Positions 1 to 13,238 of a stretch of 64,000 bases of DNA are shown here, piece by piece. A program made the position numbers and the translations under genes. Source of the stretch: Eledone cirrhosa (taxonomy: Eukaryota); the NCBI GenBank assembly GCA_964016885.1, contig OZ024750.1:2108001-2172000 (forward strand). Direction: 5' to 3'. Position 1 is the first letter of the stretch. The number at the start of each line of letters is the position of its first letter. The notes under the pieces are model-generated. The model saw only the letters and a list, made by a program, of their open reading frames with translations. It did no database searches and was not told the DNA's origin.

Positions 1-407
1 CAGAATTTAGGTTATAAAACATAAACAACAATCAAAGTTATAAACACTAAATCGATATAAGAGGATCATTTATAAATCAAGATTAACAAGAAATAACAAT
101 TTAAGCCAAGTATCTATTGATATTTAAACATTGCTAATGGATTATGTTCAGTATGTGATAAATTCATTTAATTGAATTGAAAGCCCACACCAAAATAATT
201 GATATTCAACAACTTTATTTTAGCAATAAAACATTACACATTTCACAGTTCTCTTCATACAAAATAATAAATTTTAAAAAAATTCTAATTTTCTTATTAA
301 CCTGATTGCTCAAAAGTTTCGAATTCTGAAAATAATTCTGGAAAGTTTTCTGTATTATTTTTATTTTAAATTACAAAAAATAATATTTTTGATTACAAAG
401 GTTCTTG

Positions 408-1355
408 TCAGTGATTAATAGGTTGCACTGTGGCCCTCTTGAAACAAGTATTCAGACGTAACATACGGATAAAGGCATTTCGGAATTTTGGCACTTTCCA
501 TCCATATATAACTGGGTTGACAGCAGAATTAAGTAGCTGGATTATGATAGAAAAACGAATCAGAACTTCATTTGCATCCGGACTACTAAATACCTGTACC
601 ACAGCCAAAATGCAAGCTGGGAAGTTTAAAATTCCAAAAAGTATGGTGATGCAGCACAATTTGTAAGTAAAACTAATGTCATCTGGACGGTGACCTGTTA
701 CTGACACAGCGGAGTGACGAGCATAGTAGAAAATACGGGCGTAGAAATAAAGAGTTAATAACAATGGTGAGAAGAGTAATGACAATGGCACCATTAAAAG
801 GGCTGAAATTGTAGCATTTCCTCGCAGAAAAACACAAGCACGTGTCTTGTTGTCATAGGTTACATTAAGTGCTCCAGTCCACATGACTGCCATGAAAGAG
901 GCACCAAAAGCCAAACACCAAACTGTTGATAAAATGAGGAACACGTTACGTTTAGTAAAAGTGTTCTCGTACTGTGATCGAGTCTTCATCGTCAACACAA
1001 AACGATTATATGAAATGGCTGCTAATGTATTGATTGATGTATAGACAAATGTGGCTTGTGCTACCACAGTCACATGACATAAGCCAAAAGGTTGTCTGGC
1101 AAACATCATCATGGTCCGTAGAGGAATTACAAAAAGGCACAAAATTAGATCCGCAACTGCTAAATTACATACAAAAGACTTGGCTTTGGTTCGAAGTTCA
1201 TCAAACAAAAATATAGCCAGAATGACTAAAGAGTTGCTGAAGGTACCCACAGCTGAGATTAACCCCAATAAGGTGACTTGTAGGGCTACAGTCCAGCAAC
1301 GTGCAAAGTCACACGAGCTGTCGGAGTTCACTTCTTCCATGGTTAAGTTATCCAT
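408..1355 (-). CDS. Intronless class A (rhodopsin-like) 7TM GPCR, orphan; NRF/NRY type (melatonin receptor/GPR84/Tre1-like)
   Basis: 315-aa ORF with seven hydrophobic segments. Motifs: TM2 NLAVADL, TM3 Cys plus ECL2 Cys, ISYNRF at the DRY position, TM4 Trp, TM7 NSAVNPVIY, helix 8 with Cys, N-terminal NLT sequon. Minus-strand AATAAA at 214-219. Confidence 0.93.
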   Translation of the reverse strand: MDNLTMEEVNSDSSCDFARCWTVALQVTLLGLISAVGTFSNSLVILAIFLFDELRTKAKSFVCNLAVADLILCLFVIPLRTMMMFARQPFGLCHVTVVAQATFVYTSINTLAAISYNRFVLTMKTRSQYENTFTKRNVFLILSTVWCLAFGASFMAVMWTGALNVTYDNKTRACVFLRGNATISALLMVPLSLLFSPLLLTLYFYARIFYYARHSAVSVTGHRPDDISFTYKLCCITILFGILNFPACILAVVQVFSSPDANEVLIRFSIIIQLLNSAVNPVIYGWKVPKFRNAFIRMLRLNTCFKRATVQPINH

Positions 1356-2984
1356 TCACAAAGCAATCAGTTAAAATTCAGAAATAAATGTTTAAATTTT
1401 TATCAACAGCAACAACAATAGTAACAATAACAACAAAAGAGAGAAATACATATATACATACATATATATGTGTGTATGTATGTATATATGTGTGTATATA
1501 TGTCTGTCAGGAATTGGAGAAAAAGGAAGAAGAGATGAAGAAGAATATATTGAACTATAAAATCAAAACCTTGAATAAAGTCTGGGTAAAATTTGAATTA
1601 ATCAATGTTTTCTGCACATATCAATGGCTTTACAGTTGTAGTTCCACAGTTTGGTGATTTGGAAGAGAAAGACAAAGTGGAAATCGTTTTCCAAGCTAAA
1701 GTATGACTTTCATGTAGATTTTACAGAATCTTTTGCATTATTTAAAAGACGGTTCTTTATCGTCTTATAAAAAGGAAGTTTATTTTCAATACAGCAGCTG
1801 AAAACGTTCATTATTGATATTTTCTTAGTTTCTCAATTGGGATGATATTATATAGACTGAGTGCTGGATAACTATACATGTGTTTGAACTAACAAAAATA
1901 TTTGTACATTGATGTACAGATTTTGTAGCTACTATAAAGGTATAGATATTATAAGAGCAGAGCAGAATTGGTTCTGTGTATATTTTATTAAATGTGAATA
2001 TAAAATCTAAATATATTGTGTGTGACAATAGATGTATTGGTAGCATACAATTTTGGTTGATATAAGTTACTAATAGATTTTTAAAGGCCAGAAATAATTT
2101 GTTATATATAAAAGATGGTAATTTATAAATATATGAATTTTATATTCTGATATTATCTAGAAAAATAAGTAATATATTATACGTTTGCTATTTCTTCAAT
2201 TATTTTTCTAAATAAATATAGGTGTAGTTGCATTCTTTTCACTGATGCCACTCCACTATTTCCATTAATTTGTCCATATTTTATCATTGTTGCAAGAAGT
2301 TATTAGCAACCACTTTCCGTTCAGACTCCAGAGAGGAAGTAAATATATCCAAAGATGTTCTAAAAAGAAAACAATGGTTCATTTTCAATTATTTTTATCA
2401 ATTAAATAATGACAAAGAAACGTAAAAAAAAAAATAGTTACTGTGTGTATGTGTGGTTCTGTTTATATGTGTATGTGTGTTTACAGTTGAATATGTATGT
2501 GTGTGCATTTATAAGAGAGGGAAGAAGGAGCATAAGGAAAATGATGAGGAGGGAGGGGAGAGGGAAGCAGGAGGAAAGGGAGGGGGATGAGGGAGAATGA
2601 TGATGATGATGATGGTTAGGAGTGATTGTTTTGGTGATGATGATGTTGAAAGGTTCATAAGCAATGCGAAAGGGCAGAACCAAAGAAAGGGGGCAGAGCA
2701 ACAATAGATATATATTGCCCAGCCAGAAATACATTCAGATTGAATTTCATACAGGGTTTTATTTCATCTAACAAGGGTTAATGAGAACCGAAAGAAAGTT
2801 GATGTGCATGCTGAGACCCATGGAGCTGTATGGCCCCTATATATTTCTCTCCCCCCCCCCCCTCTCTCTCCCTCCCTCCCTCCCTCCCTCTCTCTCTCTC
2901 TCTGGAAGAAATTGACAGTGTTCAGCTCAAGATATGCCATATGTCATGGTGACAGCCCTACAACTCCATCAGGAGTTACAGGAC

Positions 2985-3172
2985 CATATACACATATACA
3001 CATACACACATACACATATACACATACACATATACACATATACACATACACATATACATACACATATACACATACACATACACATATACATATACACATA
3101 CACACATACACATACACACATACACATATACATACACATATACACATATACACATACACATACACATATACA
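2985..3172. repeat. (TACACA)n microsatellite
   Basis: Direct reading. Confidence 0.9.
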
Positions 3173-3404
3173 TACGAATGTAAACTGAAAGATTCATAGG
3201 CTGACTATAAAGGAGTGATGGATGCTAGAGCTGTGAAATCTGACATGCATTAATTTCAGCTCTTCTTATTAATAACTACATTGTTTCTTTCCAGGGACTA
3301 TGTTGAAAAATGTTGAAAAATAAACCTCACTTGGTCATTCCATGAGAGTATCTTGGTCAGCCTACAAACTTTTCAGTCTATGAACTTTTAAGCCAACCCT
3401 TGTA
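3173..3404. mobile_element. Mariner-derived MITE
   Basis: TA-flanked TIRs of type TACGAGGGTTGGCTGAAAAGTTCATAGGCTGAC; other copies near 15133, 16014, 18330 and 55030. Confidence 0.75.
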
Positions 3405-3424
3405 TGTCAAGGTACAGCTAATTG

Positions 3425-3677
3425 TTAACCTTTTCTATATCAATCTGCTTGAATCTACCCCTGGTTCTATGATACAAAATTATTTATTTATTTATCTGAA
3501 AACCTTCAATCATAATTTTATGTGAGAACCTTTGTTAAGTTATTTTCCAAACATTGGTTTAATAATGAAAAATATTAGTTATATTACTAAATCCCTCCAT
3601 TTTCAGGATTATTTTCAAAATGATTTGAAAACCATAAGCAGTGTCTTTCATTAGAAATATGGTAAGAAAACGGTTAA
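3425..3677. mobile_element. TTAA-flanked piggyBac-like MITE, family B
   Basis: TTAACCTTTT...AAACGGTTAA; homologues at 5284-7067, 7376-7880, 40364-40551 and 41466-41700. Confidence 0.65.
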
Positions 3678-3754
3678 AAATGGGTATAAATAGTGTTAAA
3701 GTTCTTAACTGGGAAGAAGGATATTGATAATAGAATATTTGGAAAATCTCAACA

Positions 3755-3976
3755 TTAACCCTTTACCATTTACATTACCCTTTATATACTATTGTATTTT
3801 TGTGGCCAAAGGTTTATCTTACATAATTATTTCGCATAATCTATGAGATTTTTATGTTATTTATTTTGAGAACAATACCTTAACTTTAGGATGAGCAGCT
3901 GGTTACAGCTGGTTTGAAAAGAAAAAGATGAGAGAATTCTAAACGGATGTGACCGATTTAAATGCCAAAGGATTAA
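3755..3976. mobile_element. TTAA-flanked piggyBac-like MITE, family A
   Basis: Family TIR TTAACCCTTTA(G/C)CATTTA...TAAATGCTAAAGGGTTAA; copies at 4589, 12599, 19230, 23567, 28203, 52772 and 60154. Confidence 0.75.
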
Positions 3977-4026
3977 ACTTGTTATCCAAATATATTGTGT
4001 TTTGTTATAAATATTTTCTCTCTCTT

Positions 4027-4089
<63 letters not shown>

Positions 4090-4588
4090 ACACTCACAAA
4101 TGCACATTCACAAATGCACATTCACACACAAACAAATTCACTTTTAAGTTTCTTTTGGTTCTAGTTTTTTTTAAATAAATAAATATGTATTATATTGTAT
4201 TTCAACTGGTTTAACAGGATATATATTCCATTGAACTTTTAACCAATGGACAGGGTTAAAAGAAAATAGAAATCCTGTTCTGGGATATAGAGATCTATAG
4301 AACTAGTTCTCTAGTTTCAGTAGTGCTAAGTAAATGAGAGATAAATATCACATTCTATAGGATGTTAGTCTACAAAGCTTCTGCAGTTTTAAGATTGGTG
4401 CAAAAGTGGCTTAAGTATATATACAGTACATGTATATTATTGTTATTAACTCATGCTGTTTTTATCACTATCACCAATACAAGACTAAGAAAGAAATTTA
4501 AAACATAATAATACTAACATATTTAGAGTCAGCAGAAAATCAGTGAGTGTAATGTTTATTCAACAAGTTTCCACATTAGGGCAGGGAT

Positions 4589-5032
4589 TTAACTCTTTAG
4601 CATTTAAACCGGCCATATGCAGCCAGAATTCTCTCACCTCTTTCTGTTCAAACTGGCCGTAATTGGCTGCTCATATTTATGTTAAGGTATTGTTCTTAAA
4701 ATAAATATTATCAAAATCTCATAGATTTGATATTATGTGAGATATTATGTGAGATAAAGTGTTTACCATGAAAATACAATAGTATATATAGAGTAATGTA
4801 AATGTTATGTGAGATATTATGTGAGGTAAAGCCTTTACCATGAAAATACAATAGTATATAGAGAGTAATGTAAATGTTATGTGAGATATTATGTGAGGTA
4901 AAGCCTTTACCATGAAAATACAATAGTATATAGAGAGTAATGTAAATGTTATGTGAGATATTATGTGGGATAAAGCCTTTACCATGAAAATACAATAGTA
5001 TATATAGAGTAATGTAAATGCTAAAGGGTTAA
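4589..5032. mobile_element. Family A MITE with about 4 internal 72-bp tandem units
   Basis: Both TIRs and TTAA present; internal 72-bp repeat. Confidence 0.78.
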
Positions 5033-5483
5033 ACCCCCAAATCCTCTTAGCATCAGAAGGCTTGGTCTATCATATGTAGAATTTCTCCTTGGAATAACTG
5101 GACTCAGCACTGTATGCTAACTAAAGTCTCAAATGTTGGTTGTTTATTTAAATAAATTCCAACTCTAGTGGTACCAATTTATAATAGTTAGTCATTATAT
5201 GTTGAGTGAGTTTAGTCTCTGGACATACCATATGCTGGTAACAATACAAACTGTTGAGCCCTTGACAATGTCCAGTATATTACTAACACTTTTCTTATCA
5301 TACTGCCTGAAACTGCTCTGGATTTTATGATATAAAAATTGTTTGTTTTATACTGCTTATATTATCTAAACACCCTTCAGAGAACCCTGGTAAAGTTGTA
5401 CACCAAACACTAACTTAATAAGGAGAAAGATAATTATATTACAAACTCCTGCTGAATTTTTATTATTTTCAAAATTATTTGAA

Positions 5484-7067
5484 AATCATAGGCAGCGTCT
5501 TTCATTAGAAATATGGTAATGAAAGGGTTAATGACATAGACAGTGTCTTTCATTAGAAATATGGTAATGAAAGGGTTAATGACATAGGCAGCGTCTTTCA
5601 TTAGAAATATGGTAATGAAAGGGTTAATGACATAGACAGTGTCTTTCATTAGAAATATGGTAATGAAAGGGTTAATGACATAGGCAGCGTCTTTCATTAG
5701 AAATATGGTAATGAAAGGGTTAATGACATAGACAGTGTCTTTCATTAGAAATATGGTAATGAAAGGGTTAATGACATAGGCAGCGTCTTTCATTAGAAAT
5801 ATGGTAATGAAAGGGTTAATGACATAGACAGTGTCTTTCATTAGAAATATGGTAATGAAAGGGTTAATGACATAGGCAGCGTCTTTCATTAGAAATATGG
5901 TAATGAAAGGGTTAATGACATAGACAGTGTCTTTCATTAGAAATATGGTAATGAAAGGGTTAATGACATAGGCAGCGTCTTTCATTAGAAATATGGTAAT
6001 GAAAGGGTTAATGACATAGACAGTGTCTTTCATTAGAAATATGGTAATGAAAGGGTTAATGACATAGGCAGCGTCTTTCATTAGAAATATGGTAATGAAA
6101 GGGTTAATGACATAGACAGTGTCTTTCATTAGAAATATGGTAATGAAAGGGTTAATGACATAGGCAGCGTCTTTCATTAGAAATATGGTAATGAAAGGGT
6201 TAATGACATAGACAGTGTCTTTCATTAGAAATATGGTAATGAAAGGGTTAATGACATAGGCAGCGTCTTTCATTAGAAATATGGTAATGAAAGGGTTAAT
6301 GACATAGACAGTGTCTTTCATTAGAAATATGGTAATGAAAGGGTTAATGACATAGGCAGCGTCTTTCATTAGAAATATGGTAATGAAAGGGTTAATGACA
6401 TAGACAGTGTCTTTCATTAGAAATATGGTAATGAAAGGGTTAATGACATAGGCAGCGTCTTTCATTAGAAATATGGTAATGAAAGGGTTAATGACATAGA
6501 CAGTGTCTTTCATTAGAAATATGGTAATGAAAGGGTTAATGACATAGGCAGCGTCTTTCATTAGAAATATGGTAATGAAAGGGTTAATGACATAGACAGT
6601 GTCTTTCATTAGAAATATGGTAATGAAAGGGTTAATGACATAGGCAGCGTCTTTCATTAGAAATATGGTAATGAAAGGGTTAATGACATAGACAGTGTCT
6701 TTCATTAGAAATATGGTAATGAAAGGGTTAATGACATAGGCAGCGTCTTTCATTAGAAATATGGTAATGAAAGGGTTAATGACATAGACAGTGTCTTTCA
6801 TTAGAAATATGGTAATGAAAGGGTTAATGACATAAGTAGTGTCTTTCATTAGAAATATGGTAATGAAAGGGTTAATGACATAGACAGTGTCTTTCATTAG
6901 AAATATGGTAATGAAAGGGTTAATGACATAGTTAGTGTCTCTCATTAGAAATATGGTAATGAAAGGGTTAATGACATAGACAGTGTCTTTCATTAGAAAT
7001 ATGGTAATGAAAGGTTTAATTACATAGGTAGTGTCTCTCATTAGAAATATGATAATGAAAGGGTTAA
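5484..7067. repeat. 48-bp tandem array (about 33 copies, alternating 96-bp dimer)
   Basis: Unit (G/A)CAG(C/T)GTCTTTCATTAGAAATATGGTAATGAAAGGGTTAATGACATAG. Confidence 0.97.
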
Positions 7068-7454
7068 CTCAAGAATGCTTGGGTTTATCATTCTTTCTTT
7101 TACTATTTCTGCCCCATGGTGATGAATTCTAAAAAGTTTTTAATATGAATTTTCGCAGTAATTTTTTAAAAGTTTAGAAATGACATTAAAATCCCAAAGT
7201 GAAATTAAAAGAATGTGACTTCAGAGTAGATCTCTCTGTACTACCAGATAAGTTTGTTTCCAAACCACGTCTGCTTTGCGTTCATTCTACTAATATTATT
7301 GCAATTGTTTCTCTACCAAGTCATTACATACATGCAAGTGACATACCCTCCCTCGGGACTTCAGTGTGAAGTAGCTTAACCCTTTCATTACCATCTAATA
7401 AAATATGCTTCATTTCAATTAATAAATGAAGAATTTTGAGAGATTTACTAAAAT

Positions 7455-7715
7455 TCTTCTTCTTCTTCTCCCACTTGTGGGAGTGACGTGGGGGGGGGGG
7501 GGGCAGAGTTATCAAACACTCCTTCCAGCAGGTCCTGTCAGAAGCAACCATCTCCAATTAATCTGGCTGGATCCCCAAGCAAGATCAGCCAAGCTCATGA
7601 ATGTTATCTAACTATCTTTCTTAGGGTCTACCCCTGGCTCTCCTGCCAGTTGGTTTTCTCCGTAAAATCTGTCCAGTGATTCTTTCCTGAGGAATTCTAA
7701 CCACATGCCTAATAC
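7455..7715 (-). mobile_element. LINE 3' fragment nested in a family B MITE
   Basis: RGRP..R..DNI...LEMVASDRTCWK pattern with a (GAA)n tail; second copy at 45447-45645. Confidence 0.55.
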
Positions 7716-8499
7716 TATTAAAATTATTAATTATTTAATTACTAAGATAGTAACTTCACATTAATTCTTATATAAAATTATGTTAGAAGATTTTGATTTC
7801 GATAAAAGCCCTTTAAAATGGTTGGTTTTGTTTCATATGTGAAGAACTGGTTTTGTGTCGGTTGGTAATGAAAAGGTTAAAAGATAAATCAAGGATTACA
7901 TTTCTCTTCTATATTGATTTCCACATTTGATTCTATTGATAATTTGTAACTTTTAATATAATAATAATTACTGAGGGTGGTAGATACGCAGTTCTGTTAG
8001 AGTGTCGGACGAGATGCTTTGCAGCATAGTTTTACATCTCTCTACATTCTGAGTTCAAATCCTACCAAGGTTAGCTTTGACTTTCATCCTTACGGGGGGC
8101 AATAAAATATAGTACCAGTAATGCTTTGGTGTTGATTTAATTGACTTTCTCCTCCTCGCAAAATTGTTGGCCTTGTGCCTAAAATAAAGTACCAGTAATA
8201 CCACTGGGATCAATTTCATTGACTCCCCCCCCCCAACAACTCTTCTCCGATTACTCTCTAACCACCTACCCATGGATTCTTTTCATAATGGATGGTAAAT
8301 CCGAAAATATTTGAGATCAATAAAATTGCTAAGGTAAAGTTCTGCCATTCTCACTGTTCTCTCTGTCCTTTTATTCTCTATAACTCCCATTACTTTGGTA
8401 CATTTAATCTCGCACACATTGTCAGGCTTCCAAATATTTAAACTTATTTAAATTTGTATTTCTTATTCCACAATGCTTCAAGCAAACTACAACACTTTG

Positions 8500-8551
<52 letters not shown>

Positions 8552-10965
8552 TCACACACAATGGTGCAGTCTCGGTTACACACTCTGTATGTATACAGAT
8601 ATAATTTTATCATGCTCATCAGCTGCTAGTGCACTTCTTATTTTATATCTTAATTAATTGCTAACACAGGTGCTAATTATATGCAAATTAGTATGTCCAT
8701 TTCAGAATAATACTAAAAATAAGTGGATATATAATCCTATCAAATACATGCTTCCTTGCAGTTGTTTATATGATATACACTGATGAAGGTCCAATTAGGT
8801 TTGAAAATGGATTAAAGGTGTTTAACATTTTTTTTTCAGTTTACAGGAAAATTCATATTTTCTGGCATGTTTACATGTCTACATATGAGTGTCTCTATAT
8901 ACAAGCTGGTGCAGTCCCAGTTACCCACTCTGTATGTATACAGATATAGCTTTGTCCTACACTTTGGATGCTAGCCACTTCTTATATATATGTATATATA
9001 TATGTGTGTGTGTGTATATATATGTATATATATTCTGAGTTCAAATACTGCCAACATCAAATTATATATGAGCAAGACACGGTCACCTGACCCAACTTGC
9101 TTCTAATGGGACATCCTGTCTAACCCATGCTAGCGTGGAAAATGGACGTTAAACGATGATGATGATGATGCTCTCTCTCTCTCTTATGTCCTTTCCCCAC
9201 TCTTTCGATTCTGGACTTGAATCTTGTCTGTGTTGATGTTTTCAGTAATTTGGCGTCAATAATAAAATAGATACCAGTAATACAATGAGGTTTGTTCAAT
9301 TTACTCCATCTTCCCCCACAAAAATATATCCCTGTGCTTTGTTAAAACAAAAAATATTCAGGTATTGATTGCTCTCAACAGGTTGATTATCAGGGACTAC
9401 TCGAATTGGACCAAGGAAACAATGTTTCCATTGGTCTTTCCATTGCTGATACTATCTGTCAGTCACAACTCCTGGCAGAAAGAGCAACATGAAATAAAGT
9501 GCCTTGCTGAAGGACATAATGCAACCCCCGGTCCAAGAATTGAACACACAACCTCACGATTGTGAATCCAACTCTCTAACTACTAAGCCACGCATCTTCA
9601 CTTATTAACATGTATGTACTTCTATTTAATCTTATATATTTGTTATACAATAATAAAAAATATAAAATATAATATTTCATCTATTGACCTAATTGATGGC
9701 TACTTGGAATGAAATTATGAATTCTATGATACGAAAATAATTTTAAAAGATTTATGATCATTAATATATATATATATATATATATTATATTTCAGTTTTG
9801 CCAAAACTAACTTCTAAGATTTAAAGAAATCATTTACACATAAACATAAGCATATTTAACTGAAATAAGTATATAATTATAAAGAATAGTCTTTAAGAAC
9901 TGCTTGCTCAAAATATAAAGATTGTAGCAGATTTGAAAATTAGTTTCTTGTAGGCAGATTATAAATATGATTTTATATTACCTTATGATAAGTTTCACAC
10001 ATTTTTCAATATAGTTTTGTTAATAATAATAGCATATATTTTATTAAAATTACTCACCTGTACAAAGATAGCAGCGTTTTACTCGCACACACTTGCACTT
10101 TCTAGCAAAATATCCTTTACAAAATCCACTGGTTCTATATTGTTAGAGTTTGGTCTCCATAGAGATAAGATATTACACTACATCACAGGGAGATAGGAAT
10201 GATTTTGAAAGTAACTAGCCATTGGAGGAGAATTTCAGAGATTCCCATTAGTTTAATTGTCCAGCTCTAGAGTCGGATTAGGTCTTAATCAAAAATAGTC
10301 AAGGAGAAAAACAATAACTAATTGAAGTAATTAGCTATTTTCCATTTCTTGAGAAGCCAAATATATAAAAAAAACAAAAAAAAAAAACAGTTCAAGACAA
10401 ACAAAAAACTGCATAACAACCATGACAAATCTCTGAACACATAAGCTTGCTTATAACTGATTGAACCAATGTCTTGTTTTCTTCATGTTCCTCTGTCTTT
10501 TATCAGAAAACTAATCTGAGAAGTAGTTCTCAAAGGAAACCAACATAACAATTAATAACCACAAAGGTGTAGGGACCTGTTAGACATTACTCATAACAAT
10601 TGGTAACATTGGTATTCTAATATCTATAAATTATTCATTAGTCTAAGAACTAATTACATTCATTTTTAAGGAATCAATGTACCACCTCACATTATCAGAA
10701 TATCAGAAATAAAAGAAGGAAGAATTGATTTTTATTTTCTTATGCATCAACCTAATTCCAGCATGGATCACAAAGACACTGAGAAACAAAACCAGGCACC
10801 CACTATGATAATGTACTCCGAAACTAGGCCTTACCCCTTCACACATACACACACTCAGGAACTGCTTCTAATAACAGCCAAGATAAAACTGATCCACACT
10901 TCTATTTCCCAGTAACTTTATTCAAATACTTTTAACTGTTGAATTACTGAAAAATTAATCTATAA

Positions 10966-11250
10966 AAGGGTTGGCTAAAACATTCATAGGCTGACTAAGA
11001 TACTCTCGTGAAATGTGACTAAATGGAGTTAATTTGTTAACATAGTCCTCCTTGCAGACCACACACCTCTTCCGTCAGTATTGCAGAGCTTAGATCTCAT
11101 TGGTGAAGAAGATTTCATCCTGTTGGTAAAAAAAAGTCATCAACAGCACATATGACATCATCGCCCTTGCGAAACTGGTTCCCAGCCATGTGTTTTTTCA
11201 TGTTGGGGACAAATGATAGTCAGATGGGGCTAAAATCAGGAGAATATGCT
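10966..11250 (-). mobile_element. Mariner transposon 3' remnant (decayed transposase + TIR)
   Basis: Frameshifted YSPD(L)APSDYHL..MKKHMAG..F...DDV followed by TIR AGGGTTGGCTAAAACATTCATAGGCTGAC. Confidence 0.8.
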
Positions 11251-12598
11251 TTAATATTTAAGAAAATCTGATGTATATCACTGTCTTAACTGTAGTTCAT
11301 AAAAAGTAATTTAGACAATGAGAGTAGGATTGGATTTTAACAAGTTTAGTTATCAACTTTAACCCTGATTGATGTGAGCTATCATAACTTGTCTCATTAT
11401 AAATTGTATGTGTTAAAATATCATGAATGTATTAAAATATAATATGTTTCCATGAACCACAACAATCCAGTGATGATGGATGGTGGAAATCTTCCCCCAT
11501 TGACTTTGAAATGGTAGGTTAGTTTTTGGCCAGTGTTGAGAAGGGAAAAAGGATGAAGCACAAGGCCAACGACCTTATCTCCATAAATCAAAATTGTTAC
11601 AGTAACAACAAACAGCTACCTGACCTGAGAGCAGGTCCATGATGTGGCTTGTAACTGTACCGGAGATCTTTCGTCAGCCAATGCTCCACCGGGAGCAAAA
11701 GTAACTAAAGTAGAAAGAACACCTGGTCCATGACTGTTTTATTAAAGTACTCTGTTGCAAGCATTTGTACCAGGTCCCTGGTCTCAAGAAAACTTCCTCC
11801 TACAGGCCATGAAGGCACTGGAAATAGTCATGATTGCTAACCTTCCCCTAACAAAATCAAGGAAAAAATAAATATGGGTATTAGTAAAGTGTGCTTTGTC
11901 TTTCATTATTATTTTCAGTGTTGTTACACTGCCAAAGATACCTAAGTTAGGTGTACCGAGGTAAGTTGAATTAATTATTTTTGCCTAAAAATATAAGATT
12001 TTTGCCATAGAATTTGATTTGGAAGTCTGACAATTTATCGAAAATTTTTATGTTATATCTATTGGAATTATTTGTGTTGCATTTCTTGCAATATTGTTTA
12101 AGAGCATCCATGCATTTCTTTGTTTGATTATTTTTAGAGCGCCACTAGTTTGTTGTTTATTTTTAGGTGACATCAAAACATAGTGAGGTCATTTACAGCG
12201 AGCCACTGGAAGATAAATATATCATCAGTCCTAAAAATATCAAATATGACTGCCTTGAAATATTTTATTTCGATGTGATTACAAAATTTATAGAAAATTA
12301 AAATAAACATACATAAAGGATGATGTGCTTATGTACAGAGATGCTATGAAATAGTAGAGTCTAAAGAAATCGCATTGCTTGTACGTATGCAGCTATATTC
12401 TCATTGCAGTACCAAGACAGAAACTACAATAACTTAGAGACAAGTTAATGACATGTCTTAACATGTTTACTCAGTTTTCCTTTAGTGTATCTTGGCTCAA
12501 ACTTACCCATCTCTGTTCACTGTCAAGATGAAAAGATACAATACAACTTTATATATATATATGTATATAAAGAATATACTTAGCCACTCCCTCTGGCT

Positions 12599-12817
12599 TT
12601 AACCCTTTAGCATTTACATTACTCTATATATACTATTGTATTTTCATGGTGAAGGCTTTATCTTACACAATTATCTCACATGATATTGAACCTATGAGAT
12701 TTTGATATTATTCATTTTGAGAACAATTCCTTAACATCAGTATGAGTGGCCAATTACAGCCAGTTTGAACAGAAAGAGGTGAGAGAATTCTGGCCGGTTT
12801 AAATGTTAAAGGGTTAA
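12599..12817. mobile_element. Family A MITE (unexpanded)
   Basis: TTAACCCTTTAGCATTTA...TAAATGTTAAAGGGTTAA. Confidence 0.78.
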
Positions 12818-12999
12818 GTGCTGAGAATATAAAATTAACATGCCTTGCCTATGTACAAAGCGAAACCTACAGTCAGTTGGCACCTCTTAACCAAATATAC
12901 ACCCCCATCCCACTACTCCACTCCCACCAACACCACCCTCTCTCTGTAAAGTTATGTTGGTACCACAACATCCAGTCGAAAATAAATGAGGTTGTGTAG

Positions 13000-13238
13000 G
13001 TGTCACGACAAAAAAACACACAGTCCACGCTGTAATGTGGCCGTGTAGGTAACACGGTAAAAACCTCACAGTCCACACTGTAAACGTGGTTGGTGTTAGG
13101 AAGGGCATCCAGCCATAGAAAACCTGCCAGACAGTCCTATATGAGCAAGACATGGTCACCCGACCAATCTTGCCTCAAGTAGGACAATTCCCGTTTAAGC
13201 CCATGCTAGCGTGGAAGATAGACGTTAAACGATGATGG
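13000..13238 (+). mobile_element. Third SINE-like family with (GAT)n tail
   Basis: GTTGGTGTTAGGAAGGGCATCCAGCC...CATGCTAGCGTGGAA...GACGTTAAACGATGATG; copies at 9065, 19080, 22660 (-) and 51140 (-). Confidence 0.65.

Noticed and set aside
408-1355. Opsin or biogenic-amine receptor assignment
   Set aside because: No TM7 retinal-binding Lys and no TM3 Asp3.32.
5434-7041. 535-aa repetitive ORF (MKDAAYVINPFITIFL)n
   Set aside because: Open only because the 48-bp unit is a multiple of 3 with no stop in that frame; the unit derives from a MITE end.
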